From a bacterium (GTDB lineage: Bacteria; Krumholzibacteriota; Krumholzibacteriia; LZORAL124-64-63): a stretch of 64,000 nucleotides of DNA. Position numbers and translations under genes: made by a program. Every line of letters begins with the position of its first letter. Within the stretch, counting starts at the first letter, position 1. Below the pieces are notes generated by a model. The model was not told the origin of the DNA, ran no database searches, and saw only the letters and a list, made by a program, of their open reading frames with translations. The stretch covers positions 1,404-65,403 of the forward strand of contig JAGRNP010000006.1 of assembly GCA_020440705.1 (NCBI GenBank), given 5' to 3'. Positions 1-13,298 of the stretch are shown in pieces.

Positions 1-1
1 G

Positions 2-610
2 GCCCGTTCGGTGGCCACCTCCGTGGGCAAGCAGTTCGAGATCCTGTCGCTCATCCTGCTGCGGGCGTCGTTCAAGGAGTTCACCTACTTCGAACTGCCC
101 ATCGACTGGCACCACATCAGCAAGCCGCTCTACCACATCCTCAGCGATGCGGCGGGCGCGCTGCTCATCTTCCTGCTGCTGGTGCTGTACCGGCGCATGC
201 TCGTCCACAAGCCCATCACCCGCGACGTGGAAAGCCAGGGTCGTTTCGTGGTGGCCAAGAAGGTGCTGGCCCTGATGATGCTGGCGGTCTACGCCGCGGC
301 GGGCGGCTACGTGGCCTTCGCCTGGCTGACGACCGCGTCGGCCCCGGCCTTCTTCGAGACCTTCTACACGGTGCTGATCTTCGCCGACTTCCTGCTGATC
401 TTCATCTCGCTGCGCTACGCCGCGTCCTACTTCATCCTGTTCCGCAACTCGGGCTTCGCCCTGGCCACGGTGGTCATCCGCATCGCCCTGACGGCGCCGC
501 CCTACTGGAGCGCGGCCCTGGGCGTTTGCGCCATGATCTTCGCCCTCGGTGTGACGGTGGCCTACAACCTCCACACCGGGGCTCGTCTGCGGGGGGCTGA
601 ACCCGCCTGA
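2..610 (+). CDS. Hypothetical multi-pass membrane protein, 5' end outside the window
   Basis: Frame is open from base 2 to TGA at 608-610 and encodes several hydrophobic helices. No family motif recognised. Confidence 0.7.
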   Translation, partial: ARSVATSVGKQFEILSLILLRASFKEFTYFELPIDWHHISKPLYHILSDAAGALLIFLLLVLYRRMLVHKPITRDVESQGRFVVAKKVLALMMLAVYAAAGGYVAFAWLTTASAPAFFETFYTVLIFADFLLIFISLRYAASYFILFRNSGFALATVVIRIALTAPPYWSAALGVCAMIFALGVTVAYNLHTGARLRGAEPA

Positions 611-770
611 GAAGCGCACTCGTTTTCAGTTGAATCGCCTGGGTCGGAATCTCATAACCAATTAATTTGATATGATTTGCGCGCATATTATGTTTCCCGG
701 GTCAGCGTTCGTTGACTACTATGGAAACGGCCGATCCGGCTCGCCCGAGTCCGCAAGGAGGTCGACGTCC

Positions 771-1826
771 ATGCATCCCATCGATCTGATTCCCGTGCCC
801 GATGCCGTTCCCGTCGCCTGGGGTTGGTTCCAGGTCCTGTTGACGGTGACCTTCGTCCTGCACGTCATCTTCATGAACTTCATGCTCGGCGGTGCGGTCA
901 TCGCGCTCGTGGCGACCCTGCGCGGCGGCACGCGCCCGGACATCGCCGGCTGGCTCGGGGGCAAGCTCCCCTTCAGCGTCGCCTTCGCCGTCAACGCGGG
1001 GGTGGCGCCGCTGCTCTTCGTCCAGGTGCTGTACGGCCATTTCGTCTACTCGAGCAGCATCCTGATGGCGGCCGCCTGGTTCGCGATCATCCCGCTCTTG
1101 ATCGTGGCCTACTACGCCCTGTACGCGTTCCGCGGCCGCACCGCGCCCGGCGCACGCACGCTGCTGATCGGGAGCGCCACGCTGATCCTGCTCTTCATCG
1201 GGTTCCTCTTCACCAACAACTGGACCCTGTCGGTGACGCCGGAGAAGTGGGGCGCCTACTTCACCCACGCGGGCGGCACCTTCTGGAACCTGGACGAGCC
1301 GACGCTCTGGCCGCGCTACCTGCACATGGTGGTGGGGGCCGTGGCGGTCGCGGGCCTGGGCATGGCCGCATTCGGTCGCGTCCGCGAAGGCCGGACCGGC
1401 GACGGCGGCGGTCTCGTGGGGCACGGCATGGCCTGGTTCAAGTGGGCCACGCTGGGGCAGTTGGCCCTCGGCCTGTGGTGGCTGCTGGTCCTTCGCAGCG
1501 ACGTGATGAAGCTCTTCATGGGCGGCAACCCGGTGGCGACGGCGGCTTTCGGCGCCGGCTTCCTGCTGGCGGTGGGCGCCCTGCTGACGGGCTTCCTGCA
1601 GAAGGTCTGGCCGAGCGTGGGCCTGACCGCGGGCACGCTGCTGGCCATGGCCGTCATGCGCGAGTACGTGCGCTACGGCTACGTCCGGGCCCACTTCACG
1701 CCCGATCAGCTGCGGGTCGATCCGCAGGTCTCCTCCCTGGTGCTCTTCCTCGCGACATTCGCGGTGGGCATCGGCTGCATCTGGTACATGCTGCGCCTGG
1801 CGGCCCACGCCGGAAAGGAGGTCTGA
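771..1826 (+). CDS. CydA-like polytopic membrane partner subunit of a cytochrome bd-superfamily oxidoreductase
   Basis: AAGGAGG SD at ~755-761 before ATG 771 (MHPIDLIP...). About 9 TM helices, with His in LHVIFMN and PTLWPRYLHMVVG. Stop is 1 nt before the CydA-like gene. Confidence 0.7.
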   Translation: MHPIDLIPVPDAVPVAWGWFQVLLTVTFVLHVIFMNFMLGGAVIALVATLRGGTRPDIAGWLGGKLPFSVAFAVNAGVAPLLFVQVLYGHFVYSSSILMAAAWFAIIPLLIVAYYALYAFRGRTAPGARTLLIGSATLILLFIGFLFTNNWTLSVTPEKWGAYFTHAGGTFWNLDEPTLWPRYLHMVVGAVAVAGLGMAAFGRVREGRTGDGGGLVGHGMAWFKWATLGQLALGLWWLLVLRSDVMKLFMGGNPVATAAFGAGFLLAVGALLTGFLQKVWPSVGLTAGTLLAMAVMREYVRYGYVRAHFTPDQLRVDPQVSSLVLFLATFAVGIGCIWYMLRLAAHAGKEV

Positions 1827-1827
1827 G

Positions 1828-4491
1828 ATGAACTACCCCGTCTGGGATCTCTTCGCGACCGGGGGCGGCTTCTGGATCGCCCTCGTCGCGACCGTGCACG
1901 TCTTCGTCTCGCACTTCGCCGTCGGCGGCGGCCTGTGGCTCGTGCTCACCGAGCGCAAGGCGCTGCGCGAGGGCGACGCCGACCTGCTCGGCTACGTCAA
2001 GGGCCACGCGAAGTTCTTCCTGCTGCTGACCATGGTCTTCGGTGGGCTGACGGGCGTCGGCATCTGGTGGACCATCGCCCTGCTGAGCCCGGCGGGCACG
2101 TCGGTGCTGATCCACAACTTCGTCTTCGGCTGGGCCACCGAGTGGGTGTGCTTCGTGGGCGAGATCGTCGCGCTCTTCATCTACCACTACACCTTCGGCA
2201 GGATGCGCGCCCGCGAGCACCAGATCATCGGCTGGTTCTACTTCGTCTTCGCGTGGCTGAGCCTGGTGCTGATCACCGGCATCATCGGCTTCATGCTCAC
2301 GCCGGGCGCCTGGACCGCGACCGGCGACTTCTGGGACGGCTTCCTCAACCCGACCTTCCTGCCCGGCGTCGTCTTCCGCACCTTCCTGAGCCTGATGATC
2401 GCCGGCATGTTCGGCCTCGTCACGGCGGTGCACCGGCGCCAGGCCGCTTTCCGGGAGAAGGTGATCCGCTGGAGCGCCGGCTGGATCCTGGCCCCGTTCG
2501 CGCTGATGCTGGCCTCGGCCTGGTGGTACGTGCAGGCCCTGCCCGACGCGCAGGCCGCCATGATCCTGCACAAGGCCCACGAGATCGCGCCCTTCCTGCA
2601 GGCCTTCGCCGTGCTGACGCCGGTGCTGCTGGTCGGGGCGCTGGTGATGGTCATCAGGCTGCCGGGCGGCGTGAAGAAGCCCCTGGCCTACCTGGTCATG
2701 CTCATCGGCTTCTTCCACATGACGAGCTTCGAGTTCATCCGCGAGGCCGGGCGGCGCCCGTACGTCATCCACGGGCACATGTATTCGAACTCGGTGCTGG
2801 CGGCCGACGTCGACCGCATCGATGCCGAGGGCGTCCTCAAGGTCGCCAAGTGGACCGAGTTCGCCGCGATCACGCCGGAGAACGAGCTGGGCGCGGGCGA
2901 GGAGATCTTCCGGCTCGAGTGCACGTCGTGCCACAGCCGGGGCGGGGTGCTGAACGACATCCTGCCGCTCACGGCCGGGATGCCCCTGCTCGGCGTCGAC
3001 GCCCAGCTCTCGGGTCAGGGCACGGTCGTCGAGTACATGCCGCCCTTCGTGGGCACGGCGCAGGAGCGGCACGCGGTGGCGCGCTACATCACCGAGGGGC
3101 TGCACGGGATGCGCGAGACGGCGCCCGTGTTCGAGGACAAGCCGCTGGCGACCGACATCCCGCCCTTCGACGTGGACCAGGACGCGTACGTGCTGCTGGC
3201 CTGGAACAACCTGGGCATGCACTGCCTCAGCGACAGCGACCCGTACTTCGTGATCCTGCCGCCGGCCAACGAGATCCAGGCCCAGCTGATCCGGCGCGGC
3301 GAGACGCCCGAGGTCGTCACCGAGGGCGTGAAGATCACCTACAAGCCCGAGGCCGGCTTCGAGGATCCCGCGGCCAACGTGCGGTTCTGGGAGTTCGACG
3401 AGCAGAACTTTGGCGTCGACCTCGCGCGGAACGTCGGCCTGAAGGGCTTCGGCATGTCCGGCGAGCTGCACCTCGAGGAGGCGCGCGGCATCTGGGAGGC
3501 GCCCATGGTGCCGATCGCGCCCTACGACGGCGAAGGCCACTACAACCCGTTCCCGCTGTTCACCATCGAGGCCGTCGACGCCGAGTCGGGCGACGTGCTG
3601 GCCATGACGAAGACCGTCGTGCCCACGGCCACGGAGATGGGCTGCCAGAACTGCCACGGCGGCGGCTGGCGGGTCGACGGCGTGGCGGGCTTCACCGACG
3701 CCACGAGCGCGGCGATCCTGGCCGTGCACGACAAGCACTCGGGCACCGAGCTGCTGAAGATGGCCGAGCGGGGCGAGCCGCGCCTGTGCGCGAGCTGCCA
3801 CGAGGACCCGGCCACCGGGACCGGCCGCTACTCCGGCAACGAGGACTTCGCGCACGCCGACCTGCTGAACCTGCCGGCGGCGGTGCACGGCTGGCACGCC
3901 AACTACCTGCGGGGAGCGGGGGCCGAGGCCTGCGCCTACTGCCATCCGGCCAACCCGCAGGGCGCGACCCAGTGCCTGCGCGGCGGCCACAGCGTGAACC
4001 TCGACTGCACCAACTGCCACGGCCGCATCGAGGACCACGCCCTGGGCCTGCTCAAGGCCGAGCAGGAGAAGGGCAAGCCCGGCGCGGCGCGGCTCATGGC
4101 GAACCTCGTTTCGCCCGCGGTGGCGAGCCACGACGAGGTGGTCGGCCGGGTGCCCTGGTTGCAGGAGCCGGACTGCCTGGCCTGCCACGAGGACTTCACG
4201 CGGCCCGATCCGGCCACGGCCTCGGCGGTCTACAAGTGGGTCGAGGGGCCGAGCGGGCTGTACCGCTTCAGCAGCGACGAGTCGGGCCTGATCCCGTGCC
4301 TGTCGTGCCACGGTTCGCCGCACGCCACGTTCCCGACCCACAGCCACAAGTACGGCGCCGACCGGGACAACATCCTGCCGCTGCAGGTGCAGGGGAACCG
4401 GCGGCCCATCGGTGCCGGGGGGAACTGCAAGGTGTGCCACACGATCGACATGGAGGATTCGATCCACCACGAGAACATGGAGAATCCGTAG
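1828..4491 (+). CDS. CydA-like (cytochrome bd subunit I superfamily) protein fused to an octaheme cytochrome c region
   Basis: N-terminal membrane part has HVFVSHFAVGG, WATEWVCFVGE and EAGRRPY (GRQPW-like). C-terminal part has eight CxxCH motifs: CTSCH, CQNCH, CASCH, CAYCH, CTNCH, CLACH, CLSCH, CKVCH. Confidence 0.85.
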   Translation: MNYPVWDLFATGGGFWIALVATVHVFVSHFAVGGGLWLVLTERKALREGDADLLGYVKGHAKFFLLLTMVFGGLTGVGIWWTIALLSPAGTSVLIHNFVFGWATEWVCFVGEIVALFIYHYTFGRMRAREHQIIGWFYFVFAWLSLVLITGIIGFMLTPGAWTATGDFWDGFLNPTFLPGVVFRTFLSLMIAGMFGLVTAVHRRQAAFREKVIRWSAGWILAPFALMLASAWWYVQALPDAQAAMILHKAHEIAPFLQAFAVLTPVLLVGALVMVIRLPGGVKKPLAYLVMLIGFFHMTSFEFIREAGRRPYVIHGHMYSNSVLAADVDRIDAEGVLKVAKWTEFAAITPENELGAGEEIFRLECTSCHSRGGVLNDILPLTAGMPLLGVDAQLSGQGTVVEYMPPFVGTAQERHAVARYITEGLHGMRETAPVFEDKPLATDIPPFDVDQDAYVLLAWNNLGMHCLSDSDPYFVILPPANEIQAQLIRRGETPEVVTEGVKITYKPEAGFEDPAANVRFWEFDEQNFGVDLARNVGLKGFGMSGELHLEEARGIWEAPMVPIAPYDGEGHYNPFPLFTIEAVDAESGDVLAMTKTVVPTATEMGCQNCHGGGWRVDGVAGFTDATSAAILAVHDKHSGTELLKMAERGEPRLCASCHEDPATGTGRYSGNEDFAHADLLNLPAAVHGWHANYLRGAGAEACAYCHPANPQGATQCLRGGHSVNLDCTNCHGRIEDHALGLLKAEQEKGKPGAARLMANLVSPAVASHDEVVGRVPWLQEPDCLACHEDFTRPDPATASAVYKWVEGPSGLYRFSSDESGLIPCLSCHGSPHATFPTHSHKYGADRDNILPLQVQGNRRPIGAGGNCKVCHTIDMEDSIHHENMENP

Positions 4492-4522
4492 CTGCGGTCG
4501 GGCCTGCATCCCGATCGACACG

Positions 4523-4557
4523 CGGCCCCCCGTGCCCGACGCGGGGGGCCGTTCCTT
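4523..4557 (+). terminator. Probable intrinsic terminator
   Basis: Stem cggccccccg / cggggggccg followed by ttcctt, just after the cytochrome operon. Confidence 0.55.
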
Positions 4558-4573
4558 GTGCGGCGGGTTCACC

Positions 4574-4602
4574 TTGCCCCACCCCTCCCTCTCCACTAAG
4601 AT
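4574..4602 (+). promoter_or_regulatory. Sigma70-type promoter for yicC-gmk
   Basis: TTGCCC-N17-TAAGAT upstream of a GGAGG SD and ATG 4660. Confidence 0.55.
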
Positions 4603-4659
4603 TCCCGCGACCACCTGCGACGTCCGGGCCCGTCCCGGCATCCCCTCCTGGAGGACTCC

Positions 4660-5541
4660 ATGCTCAGCATGACCGGATTCGGCGTCGGCGAAGGCCAGGC
4701 CGGCCCCGCCACCATCACCGTCGAACTGCGTTCCGTGAACCACCGCTTCCTCGACGTCAGCCTGAAGCTGCCGGGCGGTCTCGGTTTCCTCGAGACCGAC
4801 ATCCGCAACTTCCTCAAGGACAACGTCGCGCGCGGGCGGGTCACGGTGGCCGTGCAGATGCAGATCAACCGGGACGCCGGGGCGGCCGGCCTCGACCCGG
4901 TGCGGCTGCAGCAGGGGCTGGACATGGTGCGCGCGGCGGCGCGGCGGCTGACGGAGGAGACGGGGGTCGAGCATCCGGTCACCCTCGATCACCTGCTGGC
5001 GGTGCCCGACCTCTTCCGCGCCGAGGAGCCAGAGCTCGAGCAGGACGACCTGCGCAAGGCCTTCATGGCCGCCATCGAGTGCGCCCACGCGGGACTGATG
5101 GCCATGAAGCAGGCCGAGGGCGACGCCCTGGTGAAGGAGATGCGCGACCGCCTCACCACCCTGTCGGCCCGGTTGGTCGAGGTCGAGAAGCTGGCGCCCC
5201 AGGCCGCCGTCGAGATCCAGAAGCGGCTCGACGAGCGCCTGGCCAAGATCCTCAACGACCAGGTCGATCCCCAGCGGCTGGCCCAGGAAGTGGCCCTGCT
5301 GGCGGACAAGGCCAACATCAACGAGGAGTGCGAGCGGCTGGGCATCCACATCACCCACTTCCACGCGGCCCTCGACGAGGGCGGCCAGGTGGCCAAGCGG
5401 CTGAACTTCCTGCTGCAGGAGATGCACCGCGAGGTGAACACCATGGGCAGCAAGACCAGCCTCATGGACATCACCCAGGCCGTCATCGCCATGAAGGACG
5501 AGGTCGAGTCCATGCGCGAGCAGATCCAGAACCTGGAGTAG
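4660..5541 (+). CDS. yicC: YicC/YloC family endoribonuclease
   Basis: N-terminal MLSMTGFG and ELRSVNHRFLD; C-terminal KRLNFLLQEMHREVNTMGSK and MREQIQNLE. Lies upstream of gmk as usual. Confidence 0.95.
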   Translation: MLSMTGFGVGEGQAGPATITVELRSVNHRFLDVSLKLPGGLGFLETDIRNFLKDNVARGRVTVAVQMQINRDAGAAGLDPVRLQQGLDMVRAAARRLTEETGVEHPVTLDHLLAVPDLFRAEEPELEQDDLRKAFMAAIECAHAGLMAMKQAEGDALVKEMRDRLTTLSARLVEVEKLAPQAAVEIQKRLDERLAKILNDQVDPQRLAQEVALLADKANINEECERLGIHITHFHAALDEGGQVAKRLNFLLQEMHREVNTMGSKTSLMDITQAVIAMKDEVESMREQIQNLE

Positions 5542-5545
5542 TCGC

Positions 5546-6130
5546 ATGATCCTGCTGATCACGGGGCCGTCGGGGGCGGGGAAGAGCAGCTTCATCCGGC
5601 TGCTGATGGACGGGAATCCGCGCCTCGCGTTCTCGATTTCCACCACCACGCGGCCCATCCGCGAGGGCGAGACCGACGGCATCGACTACGACTTCGTCGA
5701 CCGCAGCGTCTTCGCCGAACTGGTGGCCGACGGGGCCTTCGTCGAGCACGCCGAGGTGCACGGCAACGGCTACGGCACGCGGCGCAGCCGGCTCGAGGAG
5801 ATGACCCAGGCCGGCCACATCCCCGTGCTCGACATCGACGTGCAGGGCGGGGTGCAGGTGCTCGACCTCTTCGCCGAACGCATCGTCTCGGTCTTCCTGT
5901 TCCCGCCGTCGTGGGAGGAGCTCGAACGCCGCCTGCGCTCGCGCGGCACCGACAGCGACGAGGTGATCGCGACCCGCCTGCGCAACGCGCGCCACGAGGT
6001 GGGCTTCGCCCACCGCTACCGCTACTGGATCGTCAACGACGAACTGGATGCCGCGGTCCACCGCATGAACGCCGTGATCACGGCCGAGGAATGCCGGCGC
6101 GAGGCGTTCCGGCGCCCGCCCCTCGACTGA
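5546..6130 (+). CDS. gmk: Guanylate kinase
   Basis: P-loop GPSGAGKS, STTTRPIREGE, GNGYGT and LDIDVQG. Confidence 0.95.
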   Translation: MILLITGPSGAGKSSFIRLLMDGNPRLAFSISTTTRPIREGETDGIDYDFVDRSVFAELVADGAFVEHAEVHGNGYGTRRSRLEEMTQAGHIPVLDIDVQGGVQVLDLFAERIVSVFLFPPSWEELERRLRSRGTDSDEVIATRLRNARHEVGFAHRYRYWIVNDELDAAVHRMNAVITAEECRREAFRRPPLD

Positions 6131-6139
6131 ACCCGCGTC

Positions 6140-8128
<1,989 letters not shown>

Positions 8129-8136
8129 CGCGCCGT

Positions 8137-8150
8137 TTGATTGATATCAC
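8137..8150. promoter_or_regulatory. Possible Crp/Fnr-family binding site
   Basis: TTGAT-tgat-ATCAC is one mismatch from TTGAT-N4-ATCAA and sits in an AT-rich divergent intergenic region. Confidence 0.3.
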
Positions 8151-8344
8151 GGTATCGTCTTGCGTGGCAAACTTATGTAATGATTTCTGGCGAAATTTTT
8201 AGATGTAGTTTGATATTGTCCTGTTTCGCGCATGCCGCCCGGGGCGGTGCGCCCGGGGCGGTCATCCGGACAGGCCGGCTCCCACCGCCGCCGATTCGTG
8301 CTATCATGGTGCCGAACCGATCCTTCCCGTTCCCGAGGTGCCCC

Positions 8345-10594
<2,250 letters not shown>

Positions 10595-10613
10595 GGGGCG
10601 GAACGCCGATCCC

Positions 10614-10641
10614 TTGCATTTTTCCGCGAAAACGCTATTGT
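10614..10641 (+). promoter_or_regulatory. Sigma70-type promoter upstream of rpoZ
   Basis: TTGCAT-N16-TATTGT in an AT-richer patch. Confidence 0.4.
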
Positions 10642-10739
10642 TCCTCGGTTGCCAGAAACACGACGGACCGGTTTGCCCTCCGCCCGGGGCGAGCCGGACG
10701 CGAGCGTCGCTTCCGTCCCCAGCCTGTGAGGAAGGCCGC

Positions 10740-10982
10740 ATGACCTACATTCCGCGTCAGAAAGTCACGAAGCTGATCCCGAACAAGTTCGAGGCCATCA
10801 AGGTCGCCGCCCTCGAGGCCCGGCGCCTGAACGACCGCGCCCGCACCTACAACGTCGCCCTGCCGGGCAAGATCACGACCCTCGCGGTCGAGCGCCTCAT
10901 CAACGGCAAGATCGAGTTCTACGACGTGAAGGAGCGCGCCCGCCAGGTCCGGCTCGAGAGGGAGCAGGAAGGCGAGGAGTAG
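10740..10982 (+). CDS. rpoZ: RNA polymerase omega subunit
   Basis: 80 aa, MTYIPRQKVTKLIPNKFEAIKVAALEARRLN...KITTLAVE. Directly upstream of coaBC, the canonical position. Confidence 0.85.
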   Translation: MTYIPRQKVTKLIPNKFEAIKVAALEARRLNDRARTYNVALPGKITTLAVERLINGKIEFYDVKERARQVRLEREQEGEE

Positions 10983-10985
10983 CCC

Positions 10986-12234
10986 ATGGCCGCCCCGGGA
11001 CAGGTTCGCGTGCTGCTGCTGGTCACGGGGGGGATCGCCGCCTACAAGAGTTGTTTCCTGACCCGCCTGCTCGTGCAGGCGGGTTTTTCCGTGAAGGTCG
11101 CCATGACTGCGGCCGCCACGCGCTTCGTGGCGCCCATGACGTTCCAGGTCCTGTCGGGCCATCCGGTGGCCACCGACCTCTGGGGTGACGGACAGAGCGA
11201 CGCCCTCGACCACATCGAGTACGCCCGCTGGGCCGACCTGACGGTCGTGGCGCCGGCGACGGCGAACACCATGGCCAAGGCCGCCCACGGCATCGCCGAC
11301 GAGATCGTCTCGACCCTGCTGCTGGCCCAGCCCGGTCCGGTGCTCATGGCGCCGGCCATGAACGACAACATGTGGCGGCATCACGCCACGCAGGCGAACC
11401 TGGCGATGCTGACCGGGCGCGGCGTGCGCACGGTCGGGCCGGGCGCCGGCTTCCTCGCCTGCGGCACCGTCGACGCAGGGCGCATGGCCGAGCCCGAGGA
11501 GATCCTCGCGGCGGTTCGCGACCTGGCGGCGGCCCACGCGGAGATTCCGGTGGCGCCGGCCGCGGCCGGTCCGTGGGCCGGACGGCGCGTGGTGATCACC
11601 GCCGGCCCGACCCACGAGGCCATCGATCCGGTGCGGTTCCTGGGCAATCGCTCGACCGGCGCCATGGGCTACGCCCTGGCGGCGGCCGCGGTGGCGCGGG
11701 GCGCGCGTGACGCTGATCAGCGGTCCGGTCGCACGGGTCGCGCCGCGGGGCCTGGCCGGCCTGGTGCCCGTCACCTCGGGCCGCGACATGGCCGACGCCG
11801 TGGGCAAAGCCCTCTCCGCCGGCGCCGACTGGCTCATCATGAGCGCCGCCGTGGCCGACTTCACGCCGGCCGCGCCGTCGGCCACCAAGGTGAAGAAGGA
11901 GACCCTCGGCGACGTTTGGCGGTTGGAACTGGCGCGCAATCCCGATATCCTCGCCGAGGTGGTGCCGCGGCACCGCACCGACGGCCTGCGGGTGGTCGGT
12001 TTCGCCCTCGAGACCGGGGACGTGGTGGCCCGCGCCCAGGCCAAGCTGCAGGCCAAGGGCCTCGACTTCATCGTGGCCAACGACCCGACCGCGGCCGGGG
12101 CGGGCTTCGGCGACACCGACCATCAGGTCCGGCTGCTGGGTCCGGAGGGTGTGCTCTGGGAGAGCCCGTCCTGCGCCAAGAGCGAACTGGCCGCCGCCCT
12201 GCTCGACGAGATCGCGCGCCGCGCGCGCCCCTGA
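10986..12234 (+). pseudogene. coaBC: Bifunctional CoaBC with an apparent frameshift at ~11700-11707 (true lesion or sequence error)
   Basis: CoaC motifs GGIAAYK and APAMN, then CoaB start ITAGPTHEAIDPVRFLGNRSTG in one frame. CoaB continues (VTLISGP...AAVADF...VGFALET...IVAND) in the +1 frame from 11707 to 12234. Confidence 0.8.
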
Positions 12235-12262
12235 GACGACGACCGGGAACCCCGGGGAAGAC

Positions 12263-13297
12263 ATGACGCATCACGCCGACGAGCAGCTCCGCCTCATCGC
12301 CGATCTCCGAACCTGGATCCGGCAGAACACCGACCTGGGCACCGCCTGGTACCTCGACGAGGGCGACCGCCCGGATGTGATCCCGACGGCCCTGGCGACG
12401 TCGTCGCCGCCGGCTCCTGTCGCGACGGCGGCCACGGTGGCGACGGACCCGGACCCGGCCCCGGACTCGGCCTCGGCGGTTGAGGTGCCGAGTCGCCCCC
12501 GGACCCCGGCCCCGGTCACGGGGGCGGCCGCGCCCGCAGCGGTCCAACCGGCGCCGGCCCCGACGCCCACGCCCGCACCCGCGGCGGCAGCGGCGCCCAA
12601 GGATGCCGCCTTCCAGGCCATGTGCGACGCCTTCGTCGCCGAGACCCTCGGCCTGATCGACCGCGCCGCCCACGCCGATCCCCTCCGCCTGCCCGACGAG
12701 CCCCTGCTCGCGGCCCACGGTGGCGATCCGGCGGCGGCCATGGCGGCCCTGCGGAGCGAGGTGCTGCCCTGCACCGCCTGCGATCTCGGCGCCACGCGCA
12801 CCCACACCGTCTTCGGTTCGGGCCACCCGCGAGCCGACGTGGTCTTCGTGGGCGAGGCCCCGGGCCGGGACGAAGATCTCCAGGGCGAGCCCTTCGTCGG
12901 CGCCAGCGGCCAGTTGCTGACCAAGATCCTCGGCGCCATCGGCTTCGCCCGCGAGGACGTCTTCATCTGCAACATCCTCAAGTGCCGGCCGCCGAACAAC
13001 CGCGATCCGCTGCCCGAAGAGGTGGCCCACTGCGAGCCGCACCTGCAGCGGCAGCTGGCGATCCTGCGCCCGCGCATCATCTGCTGCCTCGGCCGCGTCG
13101 CCGCCCAGACCCTGCTGAAGACCGATCTGAGCCTCGGCCGCCTGCGCCGCACGGTCCACTTCTACCGGGGGGTGCCCGTGATGGCCACCTTCCATCCGGC
13201 GGCGCTGCTGCGGAACCCCAAGTGGAAGCGCGACACCTGGGACGACGTCCGCAAGCTGCGGGCGCTGTGCGACGCGTTGCGGGCCCGGGAGGGGTGA
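12263..13297 (+). CDS. Family-4 uracil-DNA glycosylase with N-terminal extension and Pro/Ala-rich linker
   Basis: CTACDL, VFVGEAPG, PFVG, NILKCRPPNNR, CEPHL and FHPAALLR motifs. Confidence 0.92.
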   Translation: MTHHADEQLRLIADLRTWIRQNTDLGTAWYLDEGDRPDVIPTALATSSPPAPVATAATVATDPDPAPDSASAVEVPSRPRTPAPVTGAAAPAAVQPAPAPTPTPAPAAAAAPKDAAFQAMCDAFVAETLGLIDRAAHADPLRLPDEPLLAAHGGDPAAAMAALRSEVLPCTACDLGATRTHTVFGSGHPRADVVFVGEAPGRDEDLQGEPFVGASGQLLTKILGAIGFAREDVFICNILKCRPPNNRDPLPEEVAHCEPHLQRQLAILRPRIICCLGRVAAQTLLKTDLSLGRLRRTVHFYRGVPVMATFHPAALLRNPKWKRDTWDDVRKLRALCDALRAREG

Positions 13298-13298
13298 G

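Noticed and set aside
676-700. gcatattatgtt, resembling the XerD arm of a dif site
   Set aside because: Only TTATGTT matches. The rest of the XerD arm and the XerC arm do not fit, and the patch reads as an ordinary AT-rich promoter.
1696-5682. 1328-aa minus-strand ORF, and similar giant ORFs at 27177-31238 (+), 34527-37778 (-), 46347-51014 (-) and 51301-56085 (-)
   Set aside because: They are antisense or off-frame shadows of well-supported genes. High GC depletes stop codons, and the translations carry no motifs beyond the real genes they contain.
12400-12600. Low-complexity Pro/Ala/Thr stretch in the UDG gene
   Set aside because: It is an in-frame flexible linker, common in family-4 UDGs with N-terminal extensions, and has no exact DNA repeat unit.
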